Under the pieces are notes generated by a model. It was not told the origin of the DNA and ran no database searches. It saw only the letters and a program-made list of their open reading frames with translations. Positions 38,085-47,621 of a stretch of DNA of 58,646 bases are shown here, one piece after another. The position numbers and the translations under genes were made by a program. Source of the DNA: an uncultured Gammaproteobacteria bacterium (lineage in GTDB: Bacteria; Pseudomonadota; Gammaproteobacteria; CAYTUN01); NCBI GenBank assembly GCA_964441315.1, contig CAYTUN010000002.1, positions 1-58,646 of the forward strand, given 5' to 3'. Within the stretch, counting starts at the first letter, position 1; each line of letters starts with the position of its first letter.

Positions 38085-38374
38085 TGATCGATCTCGTTTT
38101 TTTGCCAAAAAATTGATGGGATTTTAACACAGTTTTAAGTGTTAACAAGGGAAATATAGCAGGTTGGTTGGGGTTTTTCCCTGGGGTGATGACTGAATGA
38201 TATCAGTTAAAATTATAGGTATAGATCGTCACGCCGATCTTTCGATTGGTATTTATTAACACCGTGATAAAACTTTAGATGATATTTTTACGAAAGCTTC
38301 AATTCATTAACTGACTCAGCAATATTGCCACTATTAGATCATCTCATATACAATAAACATTAAGACTATGCCTG

Positions 38375-38737
38375 CTATAGTTTAGCAATTTCTTTTAGTT
38401 CGACAACATTATTTTTTAACTTTGCGATTTCATTACTTAGCTGCACTAATTCTTCTAACATCTCATCTCCTAAAAAAGTCACTTTAACGCTCTCAAAAAA
38501 GCTTTCTTTAAATAATTTTTGATTTAAATTTTTTAAATTTTCTGTGTTAAGTAAAGCCTCTAGTTCCGAATAATTGATTGGATTTTGGTCAAAAGCATTT
38601 ATTAAATTTTTAACAAAATTTATCCGCTTTGCTGGAGTTTCTAAACCAAACTGAGTTTGATCCACTCTATTTTTAAGACAAGTAAATACTTTATCTAACA
38701 AACCATTTGTGTACAGAAGGAACTTTGCAAGGTTCAA
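38375..38737 (-). CDS. Hypothetical protein (ORFan inserted between ftsZ and lpxC)
   Basis: 120-aa AT-rich ORF that is helical and charged, with no recognised family. A MITE half-copy lies 25 nt upstream of its start. Confidence 0.4.
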   Translation of the reverse strand: MNLAKFLLYTNGLLDKVFTCLKNRVDQTQFGLETPAKRINFVKNLINAFDQNPINYSELEALLNTENLKNLNQKLFKESFFESVKVTFLGDEMLEELVQLSNEIAKLKNNVVELKEIAKL

Positions 38738-38761
38738 TAGTTTTATAGTTTTAGATAATTC

Positions 38762-38865
38762 GGCTTATTTCATGGCACTTAAGTTTATTGATTTGGCAGA
38801 TGCACCCGTCAGTTGGCCTTCTCCCCTTGTGGGAGAAGGTGCCCGTCAGGGCGGATGAGGGGTGA
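38762..38865. repeat. Family-1 MITE-like element, solo right half
   Basis: ggcttatttcatgg..tttggcagatg..ggccttctccccttgtgggagaaggtgcccgtcagggcggatgaggggtga. No matching left arm nearby. Confidence 0.85.
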
Positions 38866-38943
38866 TCAAAAATCAAAAAAATCCATTTCTTTTGTTTTAA
38901 ATCACTCAAACCGCATTGGATATTGATTTAAATTAACTGCAAA

Positions 38944-39021
38944 GGATTTTATCGTAGAGGCAGCCCTTGGCTTTGGTGAGTACCGAAACCAGGGCAGGCA
39001 GCACGGGGGCCTGCCCCTACA
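38944..39021. repeat. Family-4 GC-rich REP-like palindrome
   Basis: ggattttatcgtagaggcagccc...gggcaggcagcacgggggcctgcccctaca is collinear with 53184-53268. It abuts the ftsZ stop codon. Confidence 0.8.
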
Positions 39022-39027
39022 ATGTTT

Positions 39028-40191
39028 TTAGGCTTCTTCTTGCTTGCGCAGGAAGGCGGGAATTTCGAGATAATCGAAATCGCGGCTTGAGAGGTCGGCA
39101 GCTACTGCAGCCGCGGCTGGTTGTTTACGGATGACGGTGGGTTTTTCCAGATTTTGATAATCGGGGGAGCCATCGGTTTTTACGGCGGGTTCAACCAGGC
39201 GGATTTTAGGTTCAGGTTGGATGATGGTTTCTTCGGGGCGGTTTAGGCCGGTGACAACGACGGTGACACGCAATTCATCTTTCATTTCAGGATCGATGAC
39301 GGTGCCGACAACCACGGTAGCATTTTCCGAAGTGAAGCCGCGAATGATTTCGCCGACGGCTTCGAATTCACCGATGGACATATCCATACCGGCGGTAATA
39401 TTCACCAATACACCTTGCGCGCCGGTTAAATCAATATCTTCTAACAAGGGGCTGGAGATAGCCGCTTCAGCTGCTTCTTTGGCGCGATTTTCGCCACTGG
39501 CAACGCCAGTGCCCATCATAGCCATGCCCATTTCTGACATCACCGTTCTTACGTCGGCAAAGTCGACGTTGATTAACCCCGGACGGGTAATTAATTCGGC
39601 GATGCCTTGAACAGCACCTAGCAACACATTGTTGGCTACCTTGAAAGCATTCAATAAGGTGATGTTTTTGCCAAGGACGGTCAGCAATTTGTTGTTTGGA
39701 ATCGTAATTAATGAATCCACATACTGTGATAGCGCTTTAACGCCAGCATCAGCAATTTGCATGCGTTTTTTGCCTTCAAACACAAAAGGCTTGGTGACAA
39801 CAGCGACGGTTAAAATGCCTAACTCTTTAGCGATAGAGGCAACCACAGGTGCTGCACCCGTACCCGTACCACCGCCCATGCCGGCGGTAATGAATACCAT
39901 ATCAGCGCCACGAATAATTTCTTCAATACGTTCGCGGTTTTCTAAAGCGGCTTCACGACCAACATCAGGGTCAGCGCCTGCGCCTAGGCCCTTGGTCAAA
40001 TCAGTGCCAAGTTGCAATAAGGTATGCGCATTGGATTTTTTCAACGCTTGCGCGTCGGTATTAGCGCAAATAAATTCCACACCATCAATATGCTCTTGCA
40101 ACATATGCTCAACCGCATTGCCGCCGCCACCGCCAATGCCGATGACTTTGATAACAGCACTATTCGCATTTGATTCAGTTAATTCAAACAT
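39028..40191 (-). CDS. ftsZ: Cell division GTPase FtsZ
   Basis: Tubulin signature GGGTGTGAAPVVA, N-terminus VIGIGGGGGNAV, and C-terminal peptide DYLEIPAFLRKQ. Confidence 0.97.
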   Translation of the reverse strand: MFELTESNANSAVIKVIGIGGGGGNAVEHMLQEHIDGVEFICANTDAQALKKSNAHTLLQLGTDLTKGLGAGADPDVGREAALENRERIEEIIRGADMVFITAGMGGGTGTGAAPVVASIAKELGILTVAVVTKPFVFEGKKRMQIADAGVKALSQYVDSLITIPNNKLLTVLGKNITLLNAFKVANNVLLGAVQGIAELITRPGLINVDFADVRTVMSEMGMAMMGTGVASGENRAKEAAEAAISSPLLEDIDLTGAQGVLVNITAGMDMSIGEFEAVGEIIRGFTSENATVVVGTVIDPEMKDELRVTVVVTGLNRPEETIIQPEPKIRLVEPAVKTDGSPDYQNLEKPTVIRKQPAAAAVAADLSSRDFDYLEIPAFLRKQEEA

Positions 40192-40253
40192 CTTTACATC
40201 CTCTGGTTAAATTAATCCCTTAAAATTTGCAGCCGAGCTGCAAGTCCTTAACT

Positions 40254-40415
40254 AGGGCCTGTTTACAATTGCTCTTTCTACTGCAATAAGCAATGTTTGG
40301 CCAAAATCGTATCAAATTTTCGTTGCATAGAATAACTATGCCGCTTCAAATTTGATACGATTTTGACTCAACCCTTGCTTTTTTCGTCACGAAACAGCAA
40401 TTGTAAACAGGCCCT
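40254..40415. repeat. Family-5 nested palindromic element in the ftsA-ftsZ spacer
   Basis: Outer IR is agggcctgtttacaattgc / gcaattgtaaacaggccct. Inner IR is caaaatcgtatcaaattt / aaatttgatacgattttg. A partial outer arm also occurs at ~20296-20318. Confidence 0.85.
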
Positions 40416-40424
40416 AAAAACAAA

Positions 40425-41660
40425 CTAAAAATTCCCTTGAAACCAATTACGCATGCGGCCAAAAACGCCACGCATGCGATTAGGCACTAATAAAGGAACA
40501 TTTTTCTCACTTTGCTGCTTCAATCCATAAAGCAGCAAACCGACTGCTGTTGCATAAGCAGGCGATTCGGTTACGTCTGGCAATCCTTGAACGTGTTGCG
40601 GTAAGCCCAAACGCACGGGCATACGGAAAACTTCTTCGGCTAATTCAATGACACCTTCCACTTGAGCGGCTCCGCCGGTCAAAACGATGCCGGAGGCGAC
40701 GAGTTCTTCAAAACCACTGCGGCGTAGTTCGCTAAGCACTAGGTTAAATAATTCTTCGTAGCGGGCGTGTACTACTTCGGCTAAGGAACGCTTGGAAATA
40801 AGGCGCGGAGATCTTTTCGCTACACTAGGCACTTCAATCGTTTGTTCAAAATTAGTTTGCAGCGGTGATACGGTGGCGTGATTAATTTTGATAATTTCCG
40901 CATGATGTGTCGGTGTGCGCAATGCGACGGCAATATCATTTGTCACTTGATCACCCGCAATTGGGATCACTGCGGTATGACGGATAGCGCCTTCAGTAAA
41001 AACAGCGATATCCGTAGTACCACCCCCAATATCAATCATGCAAACGCCGAGTTCTTTTTCATCTTCATTTAATACGGCATAACTCGATGCTAATTGTTCT
41101 AAAATAATTTCACTCACTTCCAAGCCACAACGCTTAACGCATTTGACAATATTTTGCGCAGCAGAAACCGCACCGGTAACAATATGCACGCGCGCTTCCA
41201 GACGAACGCCCGACATGCCAACGGGCTCACGAATGCCTTCTTGACTATCAATGACGTATTCTTGCGGCAGCACATGGATAATTTTTTGATCGGCGGGAAT
41301 CGCCAATGCTTTTGCAGCATCAATCACACGCTCAATATCAGCGGGTAACACTTCTTTATCGCGAATGGCGACCATGCCATTGGAATTGAGACTTCTAACA
41401 TGACTGCCAGCAATGCCGACATAAGCGGAATGAATTTGACAACCAGCCATTAATTCGGCTTCTTCAATCGCGCGTTGAATCGATTGAACAGTCGCTTCGA
41501 TATTAACTACAACACCACGCTTCAAACCGCGCGAAGGATGATTGCCAATACCAATAACTTCAATTTGATCTTCATCGTTAATTTCACCGACCAAAGCAAC
41601 GATCTTGGAAGTGCCGATATCTAACGCAACAATCAATGGTTTATCTGATCTTCTTGACAT
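40425..41660 (-). CDS. ftsA: Cell division protein FtsA
   Basis: Actin-fold motifs IVALDIGTSKIVALVGE and DIGGGTTDIAVF. dcw position. Confidence 0.95.
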   Translation of the reverse strand: MSRRSDKPLIVALDIGTSKIVALVGEINDEDQIEVIGIGNHPSRGLKRGVVVNIEATVQSIQRAIEEAELMAGCQIHSAYVGIAGSHVRSLNSNGMVAIRDKEVLPADIERVIDAAKALAIPADQKIIHVLPQEYVIDSQEGIREPVGMSGVRLEARVHIVTGAVSAAQNIVKCVKRCGLEVSEIILEQLASSYAVLNEDEKELGVCMIDIGGGTTDIAVFTEGAIRHTAVIPIAGDQVTNDIAVALRTPTHHAEIIKINHATVSPLQTNFEQTIEVPSVAKRSPRLISKRSLAEVVHARYEELFNLVLSELRRSGFEELVASGIVLTGGAAQVEGVIELAEEVFRMPVRLGLPQHVQGLPDVTESPAYATAVGLLLYGLKQQSEKNVPLLVPNRMRGVFGRMRNWFQGNF

Positions 41661-41824
41661 GATTTAATAAATTCCTTTACTAAATAAATAATTTGATAAA
41701 AATCAATTAATAAATTAGCGGAAATTATAGCGGTAAATATCGGATTTGAAAACACAAATTAAATCGCTTGCGCGATTTAACAGGGTTTTGTTGGAGTTAT
41801 GGCGTGAAGTTAAAGTTATTTATT

Positions 41825-42493
41825 TCATTGGACGGCTAAGCCGTTGTTGTATCTGAGGTCGACAACTTTTGGTTTAGTTGTGTTGTTGGCAAATAGCTTG
41901 GGATAAATATTGACGAATTTTGTGAGGCGTTCGGTTTGTTTTTGGCTGCCGACATTTAATTGCATTTGGTTGGAGAGAATGAGGGTGAGATTGTCTTGCG
42001 CGTCTAATTGCAATTCGGTGATGGTTAATTGAACAGGTTTAAGTTCGGTTTCAACTTCCGACAGGAGTTCATTAACATGGGAAGGATCTGCAACCGAATT
42101 GATTAAAGGTAAATTTTGATAACGCGGTTTAATAGGCGTTTCTGGAACGATACTGCCATCTTGCGTTAGTAAGCCATTTTGGCCCCAACGGGCCAAAGGG
42201 ATTTTTTCATTTATTTGAATTTGAATGCCGTCTGGCCAAACGCGGACGACCTCGGCGGATGCTACCCAAGGTTCATTTAATAAATTATCACGTAATTTAA
42301 ATAAATTAACCGAAAAAAAACCTTGATGAGCATAGGGCAATAATAATTTCGCTAATGAATTTGCATCAAAATTCCGCAATGGCGCTGCGACAGATATTTC
42401 CCTTAACGGGAAATAAAGCGGTGATAGCAAAATAATGCCGGCTAACACTAAGCAGAGAAGTAAAGTTAAATAGGAAAGGATGCGTTCTAACAT
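41825..42493 (-). CDS. ftsQ: Cell division protein FtsQ
   Basis: N-terminal TM followed by a POTRA/FtsQ-type domain. Lies between ddl and ftsA. Confidence 0.85.
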   Translation of the reverse strand: MLERILSYLTLLLCLVLAGIILLSPLYFPLREISVAAPLRNFDANSLAKLLLPYAHQGFFSVNLFKLRDNLLNEPWVASAEVVRVWPDGIQIQINEKIPLARWGQNGLLTQDGSIVPETPIKPRYQNLPLINSVADPSHVNELLSEVETELKPVQLTITELQLDAQDNLTLILSNQMQLNVGSQKQTERLTKFVNIYPKLFANNTTKPKVVDLRYNNGLAVQ

Positions 42494-42500
42494 AAATTAA

Positions 42501-42552
<52 letters not shown>

Positions 42553-42572
42553 CAAAAAATTTACTTTCTATT

Positions 42573-42723
42573 TTGTCATTGCGAGTTCTTTGTCATTGCG
42601 AGGGAGCGAATGCGACCGCGGCAATCTCCTGACGTGATTTTAGCACTAGATTGTCTAGTGCAATGTTATCATCAGGAGATTGCCGCGCTTCGCTCGCAAT
42701 GACAAAGAACTTGCAATGACAAG
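42573..42723. repeat. Family-2 palindromic element (units facing inward, with an extra partial unit at each end)
   Basis: ttgtcattgcgagttctttgtcattgcgagggagcgaatgcgaccgcggcaatctcctga ... tcaggagattgccgcgcttcgctcgcaatgacaaagaacttgcaatgacaag. Confidence 0.88.
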
Positions 42724-42745
42724 AGACTTATCATGACAAGCCAAA

Positions 42746-43855
42746 TTATTTCTCCCCCGCCATGACAGCACGCGAAATATTATTTGTCGTTTGTTGGCGC
42801 TTCAGCGCCAATTCGATCAATCCCGACACTAATTCTTTTTGCGGTTTACCGGATAATGCAAATAAACGCGGATACATACTGATCTGCGTAAATCCTGGCA
42901 TGGTATTCAGTTCATTTAAATAAATTTTATCTTCCTGCACAAAAAAATCGACACGCGCTAAACCTTCACAGCAAAGCACATCAAAAGCATGGCATGCGAT
43001 TTTTTGTAAAGCTTCTAGCATTCCTGGTTCAAATTTAGCAGGTGCAATTAATTCCGCACCTTCAGGATCAAAATATTTTCCGTTATAAGTATAAAATTCG
43101 TATTTCGCTGCGGGAATAATTTCTCCCGCAACTGATGCAACCGTATTTTTATGCACGCCAAAAACACTTAATTCAATTTCACGTCCGGCAATAAATTCTT
43201 CTGCTATTAATTTATCATCATAAATTTTCGCTGTTTCCACTGCTTTTTGATAATCCATTTCTGATTTAATTTTGTGCACACCAATTGAAGAGCCGGTATT
43301 GGCGGGTTTTAAAAAAAACGGTAAACCCAATTGATTTTTTATTTGTTCAAAAGTAGGCGCTTTTTCTTCCGCATAAAAACTTAACCAACGCGCAGTTAAA
43401 ATACCGGCTTGTTGGCAAAGACGCTTCGTTACCTCTTTATCCATATTAATAGACGAACCTAAAACACGTGAGCCAACATAAGGAATTTTCATCAATTCCA
43501 ATAATCCCTGCAATGCACCATCCTCCACCATTCGACCATGCATAATGGGAAAAACGACATCAACTTGAAAATTTCGATTTGAACCATCTTGATATAAAAA
43601 TTGCGCAGCAGAATTACCTGGCAATAATGCTAACGGAACGCCATTTTCAGCAGCAGTTAATTGCTCAACTTTATTATAATCAAATAAATATTTATGATTT
43701 TTAATCAAATACCAATTGCTATCGCGGTCAATATAAATCAAATAAATAAAATAATTATTTTCTTCCAACGCTCGATAAACATTTCGCGCTGACATAATCG
43801 AAACTTCATGTTCCGCCGAAGGGCCGCCAAAAATTAATCCGACGCGATATTGCAT
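42746..43855 (-). CDS. ddl: D-alanine--D-alanine ligase (long, DdlA-type length)
   Basis: VGLIFGGPSAEHEVS and the ATP-grasp C-terminus YLNELNTMPGFT. The ATG at 43855 lies 1 nt after the murB stop. Confidence 0.92.
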   Translation of the reverse strand: MQYRVGLIFGGPSAEHEVSIMSARNVYRALEENNYFIYLIYIDRDSNWYLIKNHKYLFDYNKVEQLTAAENGVPLALLPGNSAAQFLYQDGSNRNFQVDVVFPIMHGRMVEDGALQGLLELMKIPYVGSRVLGSSINMDKEVTKRLCQQAGILTARWLSFYAEEKAPTFEQIKNQLGLPFFLKPANTGSSIGVHKIKSEMDYQKAVETAKIYDDKLIAEEFIAGREIELSVFGVHKNTVASVAGEIIPAAKYEFYTYNGKYFDPEGAELIAPAKFEPGMLEALQKIACHAFDVLCCEGLARVDFFVQEDKIYLNELNTMPGFTQISMYPRLFALSGKPQKELVSGLIELALKRQQTTNNISRAVMAGEK

Positions 43856-43856
43856 A

Positions 43857-44726
43857 TTATTTTTCCCCAATAATGTGACATTCACGCACTAATTGAACGC
43901 CAGTTTTTGCTAAAACTTCTGCTTGTACCAAATCAATTAAATTTTCAATATCAGCGGCTGTCGCCGCATGATCGTTAATAATAAAATTGGCGTGTTTTTC
44001 TGAAACGACAGCACCACCGATTCTTTTGCCCTTCAAACCACAACTTTCAATTAACTTTGCGGCAAAATTTCCTGGTGGATTGCGAAATACTGAACCGCAA
44101 TTAAAGCTACCAATCGGCTGTGTGTCATTTCTTTTTTGTAAATAAGTTTTTATTTCTCTCGATGCTTCAGCTGCATCACCGAGTTGAAACTTGAAATAAC
44201 CGCAAACAAACCATTCGTTAAGCTTACGCTTAACTTCACGATAACCAACTTCAAATTCATTTTTATCGCGATGGTGGATCTTACCGGACTGGTCAATCGT
44301 ATCGACTGCGATGCAGTGGTTCCAGGTTTCATGGCCGAATGCTCCCGCATTCATTGCCAAGGCACCGCCAACAGTACCCGGAATTCCCGCAAAAAATGCG
44401 CTGTCGGGAAAGCCTAATTGAGCAGCAAATTTTGCTAATTTAGCGCAAGTCACACCGGCTTCGGCAATAATGATTTCATTTTCGTAAGCGATTTTATTTA
44501 AATAGGCTTGAGTGTGTATGACTGTGCCAGCATAACCGCGATCACGAATTAAAACATTGCTGCCTAAACCTAACCATATAATCGGCTGAGAAGAATTGCG
44601 TTCTGCTAAAAATTGGCTTAATTCATCTAGAGATTTTGGTTGATATAATTCATGACAAATCCCTCCCACATGCCAGGAATTATATTGCATTAAAGATTCA
44701 TTTTTCAGGATCACAAATTTGCTCAT
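43857..44726 (-). CDS. murB: UDP-N-acetylenolpyruvoylglucosamine reductase
   Basis: FAD-binding LGLGSNVLIRD plus AGIPGTVGGALAMNAGAFG, GSVFRNP and SEKHANFIIN. Confidence 0.93.
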   Translation of the reverse strand: MSKFVILKNESLMQYNSWHVGGICHELYQPKSLDELSQFLAERNSSQPIIWLGLGSNVLIRDRGYAGTVIHTQAYLNKIAYENEIIIAEAGVTCAKLAKFAAQLGFPDSAFFAGIPGTVGGALAMNAGAFGHETWNHCIAVDTIDQSGKIHHRDKNEFEVGYREVKRKLNEWFVCGYFKFQLGDAAEASREIKTYLQKRNDTQPIGSFNCGSVFRNPPGNFAAKLIESCGLKGKRIGGAVVSEKHANFIINDHAATAADIENLIDLVQAEVLAKTGVQLVRECHIIGEK

Positions 44727-46162
44727 TCTTTAATGAGATTTGCTAAATTTTCCGCAAACTGACCAATGCTGCCTGCGCCTTGTGTTAATACTATATCGTT
44801 ATTTTGAATTGCTATTTTTAGAGCTTGTGGCAATTCTTCAATGTGTTTCACAAAATAGGTCGGTTTATCTTGGCGCATTTGTTTTACTGCTTGATATAAA
44901 TTTTCGCCGCTGATTTCAGTAATCGGTTTTTCGCCAGCAGAATAAATATCTAATAAAATACAGACATCTGGCTTACTAAAAACCTGAACAAAATCGCGGA
45001 ATAATTCTTGCACGCGCGTATAACGATGTGGTTGGTGCACTAAAACAATACGACGATCTGGCCAGGCATCACGCGCTGCATTTAATGTCACTTCGATTTC
45101 TTTTGGATGATGACCATAGTCATCAACGTGTAAAAATTTTCCCTGAGGAATTTCATATTCACCATAAATCTGGAAACGCCGTCCCACGCCTTTAAATTGC
45201 GATAAAGCTTGATAGGCAATCACAATGGGAATATTAAAATGTTTTGCCGCAATGTAAGCAGCGGTTGCATTGGCTGCATAATGTCTGCCCGGCATATTCA
45301 ATACTAAATCGATTTTCATGCCATCGCGTTTATCATGAATTGTAAAAGCGGAACGGGTGTCATGCGGGTGGTAATCTATTATTTGCACCATCGCATGATC
45401 AGCATAACCATAAGTGACATAAGGCACTTTGATATCGGGAAACATTTGCGTTAAATGCAAATCATCAGCGCATAAAATTGCTATACCATTAGGTTGCAAG
45501 CGATGAATAAATTCAAAAAAACTTTGTTTTAATTGTTCAAAATCATGGTTATAAGTACTTAAATGATCCGCATCAATATTCGTTACAATAGTAGCGAAGG
45601 GATTTAAAAATAAAAATGATGCATCGGATTCATCAGCTTCTGCTATAAAATATTTTCCTTGGCCAAGAAAAGAATTTCTCCCAGCGCTTTGTAGAATGCC
45701 GCCAATCACATAAGTTGGATCCAATCCTGCTTCGGTGAAAACAGAAGTGGTCATACTAGTAGTAGAAGTTTTACCATGCGTGCCCGCGATCGCGATGCCG
45801 GTTTTTAATTGCATCAGATGGGCTAACATTTCCGCGCGGGCTAAAACCGGCAAACAGCGGGCGCGGGCTTCGATTAATTCAGGATTGCCTTCATCGATGG
45901 CGCTAGAAACCACGACAATTTCAGTATTTTTTATGTTTTCTGCAGAATGGTTTAGGTAAATTTCAACACCTAAAGATTCAAGCCGCGTCACCAGTTTATT
46001 ACGCTTCACATCCGAACCACTGACTTGATAACCAGCAGATTGCAGCAACTCAGCAATGCCACTCATTCCTACGCCGCCGATACCAATAAAATGAATGCGC
46101 TTGATGCTCGATAAATCCAGCGGCTGAATGACATGCTCTTTTGCTAATAACTGCGCTAACAT
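44723..46162 (-). CDS. murC: UDP-N-acetylmuramate--L-alanine ligase
   Basis: IHFIGIGGVGMSGIAELL, AGTHGKTSTTSM and DDYGHHP. Confidence 0.95.
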   Translation of the reverse strand: MLAQLLAKEHVIQPLDLSSIKRIHFIGIGGVGMSGIAELLQSAGYQVSGSDVKRNKLVTRLESLGVEIYLNHSAENIKNTEIVVVSSAIDEGNPELIEARARCLPVLARAEMLAHLMQLKTGIAIAGTHGKTSTTSMTTSVFTEAGLDPTYVIGGILQSAGRNSFLGQGKYFIAEADESDASFLFLNPFATIVTNIDADHLSTYNHDFEQLKQSFFEFIHRLQPNGIAILCADDLHLTQMFPDIKVPYVTYGYADHAMVQIIDYHPHDTRSAFTIHDKRDGMKIDLVLNMPGRHYAANATAAYIAAKHFNIPIVIAYQALSQFKGVGRRFQIYGEYEIPQGKFLHVDDYGHHPKEIEVTLNAARDAWPDRRIVLVHQPHRYTRVQELFRDFVQVFSKPDVCILLDIYSAGEKPITEISGENLYQAVKQMRQDKPTYFVKHIEELPQALKIAIQNNDIVLTQGAGSIGQFAENLANLIKE

Positions 46163-46259
46163 AGGAAAAACCTCGTAATAGACATCCTGTCAGTGTTAAT
46201 TATAGACTGCGAATGTAGCTTTTTTTGTCGGCTGAGACAACCTGAAATAATCCCAAAAC

Positions 46260-47597
46260 ATGTCAGAAACTAATCTAATTAAACAAATAAAAACCATAAC
46301 AATTATCGCATTACCGTTAATGGCAGCATTTTTAGCACAAAAAGGCATACAGATTACCGACACGATCATGTTGGGCTGGTTGGGAACAAATCAGCTGGCA
46401 GCAGGCGCATTAGGCGTTGCTATTTTTCTGACTTGCGGCACATTTGGTTTGGGCACATTAAGCTCCGTTGGGATTTTTGTCGCCCGCGCTCGCGGCCAAG
46501 AAACACATGATGAAATACCGCTGATTTTGCAACAGGGTATCATCATGGTATTTATCATGGCATTACCATTAATGTTACTTATTTGGCACTTGCCCGCTAT
46601 TTTGTTGAAATTCAATCAAGATCCCGCCGTCATTAAGCAAGTTGCATTACTCGTTCATGGTTTAATTTGGGGTTTTCCCGGGTTTTTATTATTTTTCGTG
46701 TTTCGCGAATTTATTGCAGCGTTTGCTTTAACACGCATCATTATGTTGGTTTGTTTATTTTCGGTTCCGCTCACTTTTATCGGCAATTATATTTTTATCT
46801 ATGGGAAATTCGGTTTTCCTAATCTAGGAATTGCTGGTATTGGTTATGTCGGTGCAGCGATATATTGGTTGATATTTATGAGTTTATTCAGCTACTACAA
46901 ATTAAATTCACAACTTAAAAAATATATTCAATTTTCTTCTTTTAAATTGGATTTAGAAAAAATACTTGCGATGTTTCGTTTGGGTACGCCTAGTGGCGTA
47001 ATTTTAGTGCTGGATGCAGGCATGTTTTCCATCGCAGCAGTGATGATGGGCTCCTTTAGCAGTGCTGCATTAGCGGGACACCAAATTGCCATCATTTGTG
47101 CCAGCACGGTTTTCGCTATTGCTTTTTCTATTTCAATGGCGACAGCGCTGCAAGTTGGCTATGCAGCAGGCGCCAATGATTTTGTCACAGCGAAACGATT
47201 TGCCTGGATAGGCTTAAGTCTGGGTTTAATTATCACACTAGTGATTGCACTGTTTTTTATTTTTATCCCGGGATTGTTTGTAAAAATATTTTTAAATCGT
47301 CAGGTCAGCAATTATTCAACGGTAAAATATTACGCTTATCAGCTTTTGATGATTGCTGGCATATTTCAATTTTTTGACACATTACAGATCACACTAAATG
47401 GTATTTTAAAAGGCATAAAAGATACTTTTGTTCCCATGCTGTATTACATCGCTTGTTATTGGATAATCGGTCTTGGTTCTGCTTATTATTTAGCTTTTCA
47501 TACTTCGCTTAAAGCTTTTGGTGTCTGGTGGGGTTTAACGGTGGGAATTATCAGTATAGCGGCGGTTTTGTTTATACGATTTTTGAAGAAATTTTAA
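46260..47597 (+). CDS. MATE-family efflux transporter
   Basis: 445 aa with 12 TM helices and a NorM-like N-terminus (IIALPLMAAFLAQKGIQITDTIMLGWLG). Opposite strand, inserted between murC and murG. Confidence 0.85.
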   Translation: MSETNLIKQIKTITIIALPLMAAFLAQKGIQITDTIMLGWLGTNQLAAGALGVAIFLTCGTFGLGTLSSVGIFVARARGQETHDEIPLILQQGIIMVFIMALPLMLLIWHLPAILLKFNQDPAVIKQVALLVHGLIWGFPGFLLFFVFREFIAAFALTRIIMLVCLFSVPLTFIGNYIFIYGKFGFPNLGIAGIGYVGAAIYWLIFMSLFSYYKLNSQLKKYIQFSSFKLDLEKILAMFRLGTPSGVILVLDAGMFSIAAVMMGSFSSAALAGHQIAIICASTVFAIAFSISMATALQVGYAAGANDFVTAKRFAWIGLSLGLIITLVIALFFIFIPGLFVKIFLNRQVSNYSTVKYYAYQLLMIAGIFQFFDTLQITLNGILKGIKDTFVPMLYYIACYWIIGLGSAYYLAFHTSLKAFGVWWGLTVGIISIAAVLFIRFLKKF

Positions 47598-47621
47598 TTT
47601 AGGAAAATTTTTATTTATTAT

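Noticed and set aside
39221-40210. Two plus-strand ORFs (129 aa and 193 aa) antisense to ftsZ
   Set aside because: These are low-complexity Pro/Ala/Ser/Thr-rich translations of the antisense strand of a confidently identified ftsZ. This is a typical shadow ORF of a GC-richer conserved gene.
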